Assembly (NCBI GenBank): GCA_048882325.1
Contig: JBHLRS010000011.1
Location: 38,521-102,520, forward strand
Direction: 5' to 3'
Length of the DNA stretch: 64,000 nt
Source of the DNA: Candidatus Thorarchaeota archaeon
GTDB lineage: Archaea; Asgardarchaeota; Thorarchaeia; Thorarchaeales; Thorarchaeaceae
In this document: piece after piece, positions 1 to 10,001 of the stretch
How positions within the stretch are numbered: position 1 is the first letter of the stretch
Layout: every line of letters begins with the position of its first letter
Position numbers and translations under genes: made by a program
Notes under the pieces: model-generated
Databases searched by the model: none
What the model saw: only the letters and a program-made list of their open reading frames with translations
Told to the model about the DNA's origin: nothing

Positions 1-2
1 CT

Positions 3-749
3 GGCATAACAAGTGTTGACGGTGATGGTCTCGGTAGGTCCGCGCCTGAAACACAGATGATAACATTCGTTGGATATGGTATAGAGCTCTGTCCAATGCC
101 TGTGGTTACTAAAAATGGAAGCATTGTAATTGTCGATAAGACAACCTCTCCAGCACTGGCTGACGAGATAGGTCGATTTGCAGTTGTCCAAGATGGTGGT
201 GCAGGAGCAAACAATCATTACTACCAATCAGGCGCTCAATTGAAGAAGGCTGTCATCCCCAATAGTATCTCAAAGTCCATCAAGCTGGGTGAGGCAGTTC
301 GTGATGCTAATGAGAACAAGAATGACCCAATTGATGCTTTTCTTGAAGTCGTGGGTGGACAAATGTTAATCCGAGGCAAAGTGGAGGAAGTCAAGGGTGA
401 GGATCGAGCTGGACATTGGCATGTCTTAGTAAGCATCAAACCAGATAATCTCAACGGTCGGTTCGAGGTTGTCGTGAAGAATGAGTATATGATGGCCATG
501 AGCGATGGTGTTCCTGTTGTCATGTTCCCTGATCTCATATGTATGCACAATCCCAACACCGGATATGGCATCATGAGTGCTGATCTTAAGGAAGGTCTAG
601 AGGTGGTTGTGACAGCCGTACCTGCGCATGAACGTCTGCGCTATGCGGGAAGTACTGAGATTGGGAAGAAAGCATTCTCCCCTGAGAGATATGGACATCC
701 TGAGTTAGAGTACAAGCCAATGGAAGAGATAATAGGGCGTCTACATTAA
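3..749 (+). CDS. DUF917 family protein (5'-truncated by window edge)
   Basis: The frame is open from position 3 and reads GITSVDGDGLGRSAPETQM, the DUF917 DxDGxGRAxPExQM motif. The C-terminus has VVKNEY and FPDLIC. It lies next to a hydantoin-racemase gene, a typical context. Confidence 0.8.
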   Translation, partial: GITSVDGDGLGRSAPETQMITFVGYGIELCPMPVVTKNGSIVIVDKTTSPALADEIGRFAVVQDGGAGANNHYYQSGAQLKKAVIPNSISKSIKLGEAVRDANENKNDPIDAFLEVVGGQMLIRGKVEEVKGEDRAGHWHVLVSIKPDNLNGRFEVVVKNEYMMAMSDGVPVVMFPDLICMHNPNTGYGIMSADLKEGLEVVVTAVPAHERLRYAGSTEIGKKAFSPERYGHPELEYKPMEEIIGRLH

Positions 750-796
750 TTCACAGAGTCAGCTATTCTATCATCTCATGGAGGAGTAGGTATCAT

Positions 797-1561
797 ATGA
801 CGAAATTAGCCCTCATTGGTGCAACAGGTATTGATTGGTGGACAGACCCAAACAAGAAAGCCTTTGTAGAGCAACACACTCCACCGGGATGTGAGATTGG
901 GAACTTCACACCCAGACATGGTACATATAGCGTCGAGTCACTCACTGACGAGGCTTACAATGCCCCTTTCATCCTTGAACAGATTGTACGAGCGAACAAA
1001 GAGGGCTTTGATGTGATTGTCATAGACTGTGCATGCGATCCTGTTCTTGAAGCTGCCCGGGAAGTTTCGAATATTCCAGTTGTTGGACCGCGAAACACGG
1101 CTCTGCATCTTGCTCTGACACTTGGTAGAAAGTTTGGAGTCGTGACTGTTCAGGGAGAATCTCTGAAGAAATGTCTTGAACATGGGATTAGAAAGGAAGG
1201 GCTGGAGTCTTTCTCAGCTGGAGTACGTTATCTCAAGTTACCGGTGTTGGACATTGCAAAGAAACCGGAGCAAGCCCAGAAAGCAATACTTCAAGAGAGC
1301 AGAGAACTTATTCAAGCAGGAGCTGATGTGATTGTTCTTGGTTGTACTGCTCTCTCACATGAGGTGGACCTCACGCCAATAATGGATGAACTCAAGGTTC
1401 CAATCATAGACCCGTGGGTTGTAGCTGTGAAGAGTGCATTCATGCTTGTCGAATCTGGTTTAACACATAGTAAAGTTGCATACCCTACTCCTCCAAAGAA
1501 GAAGATCAACGAATCTCCATCCTTAGAAGGCGCATTTGATCATGTCTTGAAGCAGGACTAA
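797..1561 (+). CDS. Asp/Glu/hydantoin (allantoin) racemase family protein
   Basis: Two catalytic Cys motifs, IDCACDP and VLGCT; also IPVVG and VPIIDP; GGAGGAG SD upstream. Confidence 0.88.
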   Translation: MTKLALIGATGIDWWTDPNKKAFVEQHTPPGCEIGNFTPRHGTYSVESLTDEAYNAPFILEQIVRANKEGFDVIVIDCACDPVLEAAREVSNIPVVGPRNTALHLALTLGRKFGVVTVQGESLKKCLEHGIRKEGLESFSAGVRYLKLPVLDIAKKPEQAQKAILQESRELIQAGADVIVLGCTALSHEVDLTPIMDELKVPIIDPWVVAVKSAFMLVESGLTHSKVAYPTPPKKKINESPSLEGAFDHVLKQD

Positions 1562-2799
1562 TCTTTTCTCAATAACAAAAGGATTAGAATGAGAACCACC
1601 AGTGCTAGTAACGCGTACATCATATAGGGGAGAGTCAATTCAATTCCCATCATCCAACCACCGACTATGGGTCCTAGGAACAAGCCTACTCCACCCATAC
1701 TTTCAACCAGACCAGCATGTGCTCCCTTCTCAATATCAGTCGCGGAGACTACTAGATAGAGGGCACCTAAGTAGTTTAAACCCACTGCAATTCCAGAAAG
1801 AATCATCGCGATAGCAAATATCCAAATATCAATTAAGATGAACAGCATGAAACCTGAGAGAGCTGATAAAATCGCACCCAAGACTATTGCCCTCTTCATA
1901 AAATCTCCAGATAGTTTCGCAAGGATGATAAAAGTCATAGTCCTAGCTAGGTTCCAAATGAGTAACAAATTTCCAAAGTCCTCGATGACGAAGGGATATC
2001 CATGATCTCCCAAAATTTCGATATAGGACGGAAACAAACCAAGAATGACTGTAGAAACAACACCCCAAAGCATGACCGAGAGATATGATGCGATAAACAA
2101 AGGTGAACTCTTACTTACCTTTTTGGCATCTGTGGTAATTGATGTGGATATTGTTCCAGCATTCGATGATGATGGGAGGGACTTTCGTTTATATCCTTGG
2201 AGAAATCCAGCAACGATCATCAGTGCAAGAATTTCAACTCCAAGAACCACAAAGATTCCTGACGTATCCCCATAGATGCCAGATAGATATGCTATCACCA
2301 TTGGTGGTAGAATCATAGACGCACTCCATGAGGTTGAGAAATTTCCCAGTGTTGCTACTTGCGACTCTGGTTCAAGCTCACTCACCATCCCCTCAATAGT
2401 GGGTGCAATAAATCCAAACGCAAATCCCTCTATCGCTCGTATTGCTACAAGTTGCCAAGGGCTTACAAATGGTAGGAGATAGAGGAGAATTACAACAATA
2501 TATCCTCCTGTGGAAAGAAGGAGTGTCCTCCTACGACCAATATTGTCGGATAGGCGACCACCAATCGCAGGAGAGAACATATAGACAAGTCCGAATATTC
2601 CAAATGCTAATCCAGATTCAAGCGGGGTGCCACCCATTCGCGTCGAATACCACGATGCAAAGATCTCAGTTGTACCAAGTGTGAAGACGGTGAAAAATGT
2701 AGTGATGTATCCAACCATTCTATTTCTTTTCTTGATGTCCCTTGTGAGGTCTGGTTCTCCAACTACATCTAGACAGAATGATTCTTCGGTTTCGTGCAT
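1558..2799 (-). CDS. MFS transporter
   Basis: About 12 TM helices; MFS motif A GRLSDNIGRR; RAIEG in TM4. Confidence 0.9.
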   Translation of the reverse strand: MHETEESFCLDVVGEPDLTRDIKKRNRMVGYITTFFTVFTLGTTEIFASWYSTRMGGTPLESGLAFGIFGLVYMFSPAIGGRLSDNIGRRRTLLLSTGGYIVVILLYLLPFVSPWQLVAIRAIEGFAFGFIAPTIEGMVSELEPESQVATLGNFSTSWSASMILPPMVIAYLSGIYGDTSGIFVVLGVEILALMIVAGFLQGYKRKSLPSSSNAGTISTSITTDAKKVSKSSPLFIASYLSVMLWGVVSTVILGLFPSYIEILGDHGYPFVIEDFGNLLLIWNLARTMTFIILAKLSGDFMKRAIVLGAILSALSGFMLFILIDIWIFAIAMILSGIAVGLNYLGALYLVVSATDIEKGAHAGLVESMGGVGLFLGPIVGGWMMGIELTLPYMMYALLALVVLILILLLLRKD

Positions 2800-3188
2800 C
2801 TACTCAAATCCTTTCACTAAAGTTGATTTGTTATTCTTGAATTCGACAATTTCGTCACTTACTTGCTCTGGTCCACAAACAGTAAATGCAATAGTGCTGT
2901 TGACACATGCATCAAACTGAAATGGAAACCGACTACAGACCCGGTACCACGTTTTCGCGCTAAAGTTCAACTGGCTTCAACTTCTTTGGTTAACCACCTG
3001 GAAAATGGCTCCTACTGAAATATGTTAGGATTACTCTGATTGTAAAAAAAGAAGTTAGTCAATACAATCATTATCAGACTTTATCCACATAATAAATTCA
3101 AGGCTATTACTAAATCCGCTCTTATCAAGACTATAGTTTCTTTTTTTTAACGCGAAGTTTTATTTGGTCTTCAAAGAACATCGAGTTC

Positions 3189-4508
3189 ATGAATAATAGC
3201 TCAGAGCATGAGGAGATTAAAAAGTTTGTAAATAGAATCCGAATCATAGACACTCATGAACATCTTCCTCAAGAGCTAGAAAGAATTCAACAGAGTGTCG
3301 ATGTGTTGGTTACTTTTTTCTCACATTACGCATCCTCTGATTTATGTTCAGCTGGAATGTCAGAGGAAGACCTTATAACAATCAGAAACCCGGACATCCC
3401 GCTGGATCATAGATGGGTGATTTTTGAATCTTGGTGGGAGAAGATTAGAAACACCGGATATGCGCGATGCTTGGAGATCGTAGCCCGAGATTTGTATGAT
3501 GTTGACGGAATCAACGCTGAAACATATCAAGAGCTATCAGAGAAAATTAAACGTAGAAACACGAAGGGATTATACAATTGGGTTCTCAAGAAATCCTCTG
3601 GAATTGATATATCAATAAACAACGCCCTCGATTACAGCGTTGACAACATGGACAGAGCATTTTTCAGACCAGTTAGACAATTTGGCGACTTTCTTTATGT
3701 AAGAGATAGGCATACGCTGGAACAGCTAGGAAAGCAGGTCGGAGGTTCAATTCATACTTTCGGTGAGTTAGTTTCAGCGTTGGAGTCAGAGTTCGACAGA
3801 CTTCAAGAAAAGATTGTTGGTGTGAAAATCAGTCTAGCTTATACACGTCCTATCTATTTCGAGAGAGTGTCCTTCGCGGAAGCTGATAACGCATTCAACG
3901 AGATATTCAAGAGAAATAAGTTCAGTGTTTTTGAAACCACTGAAATTCAAAAAGTAGTCCCCGAAGTTATTGATTCAAACTCGCATCAAATAATCCAAGA
4001 CTACTTGATACACAAAATCATTAGAGAAGCCATGAAGAGGAAGCTACCAATCCAGATTCACACAGGACTACAGGAGGGTAATGAGAACATTCTCTCCAAC
4101 TCCAACCCTGAATTGCTGACAAACCTATTCATGGAGTATAAGGAAGCTCGATTCGACATATTCCATGGCGCTTGGCCGTATAGTGATGAACTTGGAGCAA
4201 TAGCGAAAAACTTCCACAACGTATACATTGACATGTGCTGGATGCACATTATTTCACCAAACCGTTCTCAAACTGCGTTGGCACAGTGGCTAGATGAAGT
4301 ACCTGCAAATAAAATACTTGGATTCGGTGGGGACTATCTATTCGTTGAAGGGGTTTACGGTCATTCAGTTCTGGCTAGAAAGAACGTCGTTGACGTATTA
4401 ACCTTAAAAGTGAATGACAAAGTTTACTCGTTGGATCAAGCGAAGAGATACGCTCAGTGGCTTTTGAGAGAAAACGCTTTGCAACTTTACTTTCCTCAAG
4501 GTCTTTAG
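3189..4508 (+). CDS. Amidohydrolase superfamily protein (uronate isomerase-like / Amidohydro_2)
   Basis: Metal ligands IIDTHEH, QIHTG, FHG, DMCW and FGGD. Confidence 0.85.
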   Translation: MNNSSEHEEIKKFVNRIRIIDTHEHLPQELERIQQSVDVLVTFFSHYASSDLCSAGMSEEDLITIRNPDIPLDHRWVIFESWWEKIRNTGYARCLEIVARDLYDVDGINAETYQELSEKIKRRNTKGLYNWVLKKSSGIDISINNALDYSVDNMDRAFFRPVRQFGDFLYVRDRHTLEQLGKQVGGSIHTFGELVSALESEFDRLQEKIVGVKISLAYTRPIYFERVSFAEADNAFNEIFKRNKFSVFETTEIQKVVPEVIDSNSHQIIQDYLIHKIIREAMKRKLPIQIHTGLQEGNENILSNSNPELLTNLFMEYKEARFDIFHGAWPYSDELGAIAKNFHNVYIDMCWMHIISPNRSQTALAQWLDEVPANKILGFGGDYLFVEGVYGHSVLARKNVVDVLTLKVNDKVYSLDQAKRYAQWLLRENALQLYFPQGL

Positions 4509-4691
4509 GATAGGTCTGATCAATAGAGCAATGCATTTGTAAAATCGGATTCAAGAGAAGAATTGTAACCGAGTCTATACACTGATCAAGAATTAAGAAT
4601 CTATTTTAAGAAATTCATCCGAACTGAATTAGGGTTATTCAGTGAACATCCCAAAAAGCTAAAGGCAATAGATTTTAAGAGTCATGGACTG

Positions 4692-5270
4692 GTGAGTCAT
4701 TGTGTGATACCTGTGCGTAGTGATGAAGAATCCCCAAGATTTCCGGATGAGCTCCTGGTAGATCACATGGATGAATTCGATCGGTCCGGTGATTTCCGTG
4801 AGGGTGCCTATATACTTCTCTCTCATCACCCCCCTTCGATGTATGCTCATTGCCTTCGTGTATCCTTCAAAGGTCGTTCTCTTTATCTTTGTGGACGATG
4901 CAGTGGAATCTACAGTGGGCTTGGTGGAGGTCTACTTTTCCTCTTCATTTTTGGGATTCAACTCACACCTGAGTGGTTCTGGTTCTTTGTTGCAGTGGTT
5001 CTTGGCTTTACAACAGTTATTGATTGGATGAGCCAACGACTCACTCCTAGAAAGACTACTAACTTTGTGAGAGCGTCAACGGGATTCATGAGTGGGTTGG
5101 CACTTGCTATCATCTTCTACCTGGCAAATCTACTTTACATGTTGGTTGCTTTAGCTGTGATGAGTGCATCTATCGGGATTGTCGGTCTCATTGAAAACAG
5201 GCGTCGAACTGCTTACTATAAGACGATTCAGGTCGAAATGGACGCAACACCTGAAGCTACCACTCAGTAG
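4692..5270 (+). CDS. DUF2085-like membrane protein
   Basis: SHH...LCGRCSGIYSG motif, followed by TM helices with IDW..Q and R..TG; start codon uncertain. Confidence 0.75.
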   Translation: MSHCVIPVRSDEESPRFPDELLVDHMDEFDRSGDFREGAYILLSHHPPSMYAHCLRVSFKGRSLYLCGRCSGIYSGLGGGLLFLFIFGIQLTPEWFWFFVAVVLGFTTVIDWMSQRLTPRKTTNFVRASTGFMSGLALAIIFYLANLLYMLVALAVMSASIGIVGLIENRRRTAYYKTIQVEMDATPEATTQ

Positions 5271-5337
5271 CAGTACATTTGTAACACATGCCAAAGGGTT
5301 TTATTCCAACTAGAATTCCAGCCATATGTGAACTGGC

Positions 5338-6474
5338 ATGATCCCATTTGCGAAACCTGTAATTGGCGAAGAAGAAATCGAAGCAGTTAGACGAGTTCTT
5401 GAATCTGGGATGCTCGCTGAAGGCAAGGTTTCCCGCGAGCTTGAAAAACAATACGCAGAGTATACAGGGACCAAGTATGCCACTGTTACAAGTAATGGTA
5501 CAACTGCGTTAAGTACCGCTTTGGAAGCAATGGGTCTGGAACCGGGAGATGAAGTCATTACATCTCCTTTCACGTTCATTGCCTCTGCCAATTCGATTGC
5601 TATGGTGGGAGCAATACCAGTCTTTGTTGATGTCAAACCCGACACATACAACATCGATCCTGATCTGATAGAGGATGCAATAACGGACAAGGCACGAGCA
5701 ATCATGCCTGTCCATATCTTTGGAATGCCCGCTGATATGAAGCACATTTTGGACATTGCAGATTCCCATGACCTCCTGGTCATAGAGGATGCCTGTCAGG
5801 CTCATGGAGCTGAGGTCGATGGGAAAAGGGTTGGATCACTTGGTCATGTTGCCTGTTTCTCTTTTTATGCAACTAAGAATATGATGACCGGGGAGGGTGG
5901 AATGATTACCACCGATAATGAGGAACTCTATGATGAGATCCTAATGGTCAAGAATCATGGTCGTGGAAAACAGGGCGGATATAGTCACTTCAGAATTGGA
6001 TACAACAACCGAATGATGGACATTGTTTCTGCCCTAGGAATCGAGCAAATGAAGCGGCTTCCAGAAGCAGTACAACAGCGAAGAAAAAACGCTCATGAAC
6101 TGGATAACTTCTTTGCAGAATATGATTCAATCAACCCTCAGGTTGAAGAGGAGGGATTGAAGTCTTCTTACCATATCTATGCACCACTTCTATATTCTGA
6201 TAAAATGAATAGAGATGAGATTGTGACTGCTCTCCGTGATCAGGGTGTTGGGGCGAGAGCTGTATATGCCTTACCCTGTCACAAACAAGAAACATATCTC
6301 AACATCCAAGAATGGCGTTGGGCAAAATTCGTCGATTATCCAGACTACTCAGCTGTGACTCTCCCAGTGTCTGAAGAGATTGGTCTTAGACACTTCGATA
6401 TCCCTGTACATCCTAGTCTTACTAGTGGGGAGAAGGAACAAATCAAGAACGCGTTCACTAAGATTCTGAGCTAG
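5338..6474 (+). CDS. DegT/DnrJ/EryC1/StrS family PLP aminotransferase
   Basis: SNGTTAL, TFIASAN, EDACQAHG, FSFYATKNMMTGEGG (PLP Lys), GYNNRM. Confidence 0.95.
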   Translation: MIPFAKPVIGEEEIEAVRRVLESGMLAEGKVSRELEKQYAEYTGTKYATVTSNGTTALSTALEAMGLEPGDEVITSPFTFIASANSIAMVGAIPVFVDVKPDTYNIDPDLIEDAITDKARAIMPVHIFGMPADMKHILDIADSHDLLVIEDACQAHGAEVDGKRVGSLGHVACFSFYATKNMMTGEGGMITTDNEELYDEILMVKNHGRGKQGGYSHFRIGYNNRMMDIVSALGIEQMKRLPEAVQQRRKNAHELDNFFAEYDSINPQVEEEGLKSSYHIYAPLLYSDKMNRDEIVTALRDQGVGARAVYALPCHKQETYLNIQEWRWAKFVDYPDYSAVTLPVSEEIGLRHFDIPVHPSLTSGEKEQIKNAFTKILS

Positions 6475-7120
6475 GTCTCTCGAAATGCGGAAGAATCGAA
6501 CGAAGGTCTTTCGACTTGATGGTCACAGAAGCCACATCACTCACCTGTTCGTCCACAGGATTGAAAGCTATACTAAAAGCAGAAATCTTGAACAGATCGA
6601 TATCGTTAACTCCATTTCCAACACTTGCAATGGATTCAATAGGATGCCCCTTGATTTGAGCATACTGCCATATTGTGGTAACCTTCTCAGGAGCTCCCAT
6701 AATGAACTGTACGGTTCCATCATGGACCTCATTCTCAGATCCTAAAATATGAGAATATGCAAAATCCAACTGCAACCTTCTTGTCAATGGTTCCATGAAG
6801 AACTGGCTGACACCGCTTGAGATACAACCAACCTCATACCCCCATTCGCGAAGTGTGGCAACTGTTTCCTCTGCACCTTTCATCAATGGCAGACTCCTAA
6901 CAAGATAGTGATAGGCAGCATCGATGGGAACTCCTTTCCATATCTTGGCACCTTCAATGACTGATTTTCGAAGGTCCATGTTCTCTCGCTCAATTTTTTC
7001 AAGAAGTTGCAGATACTTCTCTTTCAAGCCTACCTGTTGACCTATTGCAAAGGATGCATTAGCCCCATCATAGAGAACCCCATCCAAATCCAGTGAGATT
7101 ACTCTGATATCTGAGGTCAT
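6458..7120 (-). CDS. HAD-superfamily phosphatase (SerB-like)
   Basis: DLDGVL motif I, ISSG motif II, K and GNGVND motif IV; likely start MTSDIRV at 7120. Confidence 0.85.
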   Translation of the reverse strand: MTSDIRVISLDLDGVLYDGANASFAIGQQVGLKEKYLQLLEKIERENMDLRKSVIEGAKIWKGVPIDAAYHYLVRSLPLMKGAEETVATLREWGYEVGCISSGVSQFFMEPLTRRLQLDFAYSHILGSENEVHDGTVQFIMGAPEKVTTIWQYAQIKGHPIESIASVGNGVNDIDLFKISAFSIAFNPVDEQVSDVASVTIKSKDLRSILPHFERPSSES

Positions 7121-7203
7121 CTGACGTTCCTTATCCTTCTCAATTTGGTGAGGATGCCACACCAGTAACAGTAATTATCACTTTTGCTGGTGTCCCTACT
7201 GCC

Positions 7204-8355
7204 ATGAACATCATTAGCAAGAGTGGGTTGGGAACAATCAACGAGATTAAGAAGCGGTTTCGTCGAAAAAGATCCGACGAAGAACTTACTTTTGATGTTG
7301 GTCGAATGAATCGAGACCTCCTCGAGCGTCTTCTAGTGGTTTGTGGGAGGGTGGGAAACGAAAATGCTCTCCAATATGAGAACAAGGCTAAAGAGTTGGA
7401 TTCCGACTTCATCTTGGAAAAAGGTAGGTCGTGGGTCCTGACACATAAAACAATTCGTGAGAACTATGATCCCACTTATCACAAAGGCATACTCCTGATT
7501 GGAACGAACAAGGAGTTGCCAGCGACGCAGATTTCATACGAGGGGACCTATGGTTTTACTGATTGGTTTATGTCTGATCTAGACCAAGATGGAATTCCCG
7601 ATTTCCCCTTGGGACGAATTTTTGGCCCCCCCGAAACAGTGCTCTATCATATGGATCCATCAATTATTGATAGCGATATAGCTATTGTCTTTGATAGTCA
7701 GCCTGGCAGATCTGACCGTCATGTCAAGGCGCTTGCTGAACTTGGATTTGATGTTGAGGTCTTACATAAGTATACTAAAGATGAGGCGAAGCTGCTTTCA
7801 GTTAGTGAGTTTATCCTTCAATTCTCCGATGGTGTGTTCACAGCACGGATTCATGGAACTCCTGATCGCTGGGCTACTCATAATTCAGTAATCTTGACGT
7901 ATGAACAGGCATCTGCAATTCAATTTCAAGGATATCCCGTAGTCTATTCAGAAGCTTGTAGTACTGCGCAAGAAGGGCCTCTCCTGAAGGCATTCCTTAA
8001 CTCAGGAGCTGCATATATTGGTGCAACACTTGACACGATGAACAATGTTGAACCCTTTGATGACTGGAAGCTATGTGCATACTGTGATGGATGGAAATTC
8101 GGATTTCTTGACTTGTTAGATTCTCATGAACTCATTGGTGAAGTAAAACTAGGAGTCGACAGAACACTAACCGAAAATCTAGATGCAAAGGTCTTTGCGG
8201 AGCTTGAAAGTGTACGGAATGGTGATACAACAACATTCACTAACGATATGGCGGTGTCAACGGCTGAATGGATTCTTTATGGAAATCCATTGAGACGCGC
8301 CCCAATTGGTCCGAATGCAGATTTCACACCTGGCCGGATTGTAGTCGATACGTAA
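7204..8355 (+). CDS. Putative clan CD cysteine peptidase (C25/gingipain-like)
   Basis: TDWFMSDLDQDGIPDFPLGRI, IHG...EACST (His/Cys dyad), GAAYIGAT and ILYGNP match the C25 motif order. Confidence 0.6.
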   Translation: MNIISKSGLGTINEIKKRFRRKRSDEELTFDVGRMNRDLLERLLVVCGRVGNENALQYENKAKELDSDFILEKGRSWVLTHKTIRENYDPTYHKGILLIGTNKELPATQISYEGTYGFTDWFMSDLDQDGIPDFPLGRIFGPPETVLYHMDPSIIDSDIAIVFDSQPGRSDRHVKALAELGFDVEVLHKYTKDEAKLLSVSEFILQFSDGVFTARIHGTPDRWATHNSVILTYEQASAIQFQGYPVVYSEACSTAQEGPLLKAFLNSGAAYIGATLDTMNNVEPFDDWKLCAYCDGWKFGFLDLLDSHELIGEVKLGVDRTLTENLDAKVFAELESVRNGDTTTFTNDMAVSTAEWILYGNPLRRAPIGPNADFTPGRIVVDT

Positions 8356-8356
8356 A

Positions 8357-8704
8357 CTATTTTCGAGCCTTGGTTGCGATTAGCGCTCCCATCAATCCGC
8401 CGACTGCACCAATTAAACCCATGATGAGAATCGCAATCATCACGGAAACAGGATCATTTACGAAACCTAACAACCACTCAGAGATAACGAAGACAATGCA
8501 ATAGCTCAGAAGAGACCCAATAAATGAGATTGCCAACGCATGTTTGTATTTAACGACCAAGAAACCTACGATCACTCCAGTAAATAACGGTGCTAAAAAA
8601 TTCAGAATGAAGAACAGCCCGAAATTGAATAGGATTGCTACTAATACCATCAACAATGACCTAACCAATTGATTATCTAACCACGAACTCGAAGTGCTCT
8701 CCAT
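8357..8704 (-). CDS. Small membrane protein (about 4 TM)
   Basis: Hydrophobic segments with Gly-rich C-terminal GLIGAVGGLMGA. Confidence 0.7.
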   Translation of the reverse strand: MESTSSSWLDNQLVRSLLMVLVAILFNFGLFFILNFLAPLFTGVIVGFLVVKYKHALAISFIGSLLSYCIVFVISEWLLGFVNDPVSVMIAILIMGLIGAVGGLMGALIATKARK

Positions 8705-8829
8705 AGTATCTCATCTTCTCATCCAGTGGTCATGTTATAACCGTGGCGTTGTGTAGCTGAAATATGATAGATTCAAAAAGCCTCACGTTTCAACAATCTA
8801 AGCCACATTGTGGTTGCGAGGAGAAACAA

Positions 8830-8943
8830 TTGAGTGTAGAAGATGAGTCAGCAGGTGACAAAGTAAAGGGCACCTTCAAGATCAAATTGCACGCTCCAAG
8901 AAATCCCTTCAAACGAAACCCTTTCAAAAAGGATAAGGAGTAG
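8830..8943 (+). CDS. Putative 37-aa small protein (not in ORF track)
   Basis: A TTG start 6 nt after GAGGAG gives MSVEDESAGDKVKGTFKIKLHAPRNPFKRNPFKKDKE*; it fills an intergenic gap. Confidence 0.45.
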   Translation: MSVEDESAGDKVKGTFKIKLHAPRNPFKRNPFKKDKE

Positions 8944-9005
8944 TTTCAGGCAGATACAATTGTGCAATATACACAAAAAACAAGCGTCTGCTTGAAATCA
9001 ATCTA

Positions 9006-9935
9006 GTGGACGCTTTTGTCTTTCTAAGAGTGATTCAATTGTCATTCCGCGTAAATGTTCCTCAAGGTTATGACTTACTTTCATCTGTCCATTCATGGAT
9101 ATATCCAGACATCCAACCGGTACCCGAGAAGACCGGAGAAGGATACTTTGGTCGAGTATACAACGTTGAAGGTCAACAGGTTGCCTTAATCTTCAGACAA
9201 AGGAGACCTGGTGGAAATCTGAGAATCACTTACTCAGACTATGACCACCCGAAACAGACTCTACGAAAGCTGGTTGAACGAACTTTGAATCTAAGATTCA
9301 AAATCGATGATGCACTGAAACAGATTCGAGCTGATGAAAAAATATCATTTATTGCTCCATTGGTTTCTGGCGTTAGACCTTACATGTCTCCAACTCCTTA
9401 CGAAGCGTTGATGAAGACCATTATACAGCAGCAAGTGTCTTACAAGGCTGCAAATGTCTTTACAAAGAGAATGGTACTCGGTCTTGCAAAGCCACTTTCG
9501 TTCGAGAATCAGGACTGGTACAGTTTTCCAGATGCTAGAAGAATCGCGATAACAGGTGTGGATGGCTTGAAGCAGTTTGGTTTTGGTTACAAGGCTGACT
9601 ATATTCAGCATTCTGCAACACTCATTGCTAACGGACATTTGGAACTAGATTCTCTCCTCGGGAAATCTTACGAGGAGGTAGTCAAACAACTAAAACCAAT
9701 CCGCGGTATAGGAGAATGGACAATACGAGTTCTGTCCTTGGCTGGATTGGGGAACTTCTCAGTCTTTGCCTATGATGATCTTGTGATACAGAAGATATTA
9801 GGAAACTTATACAACAAGGGTCAGAGAATGACCTCAAAACAGGTCCATCAGCATGCTGAGTCATGGGGTGCTTCCAGCACAATGGTGCTTTACCTTTTAA
9901 TGAGTGCTGAAGTACTCGGATATCTTAGTATCTGA
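9006..9935 (+). CDS. HhH-GPD DNA glycosylase (AlkA / 3-methyladenine glycosylase family)
   Basis: YEALMKTIIQQQVS, FPDA, GYKADYI, HhH IRGIGEWT and catalytic AYDD; the true start may be TTG near 9038. Confidence 0.88.
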   Translation: MDAFVFLRVIQLSFRVNVPQGYDLLSSVHSWIYPDIQPVPEKTGEGYFGRVYNVEGQQVALIFRQRRPGGNLRITYSDYDHPKQTLRKLVERTLNLRFKIDDALKQIRADEKISFIAPLVSGVRPYMSPTPYEALMKTIIQQQVSYKAANVFTKRMVLGLAKPLSFENQDWYSFPDARRIAITGVDGLKQFGFGYKADYIQHSATLIANGHLELDSLLGKSYEEVVKQLKPIRGIGEWTIRVLSLAGLGNFSVFAYDDLVIQKILGNLYNKGQRMTSKQVHQHAESWGASSTMVLYLLMSAEVLGYLSI

Positions 9936-10001
9936 AACCTGCAGAAAACCCATAAAAGGCCTCTAGCTGAAAAACCAGACTGACAAGTCAGGTGAATACC
10001 T

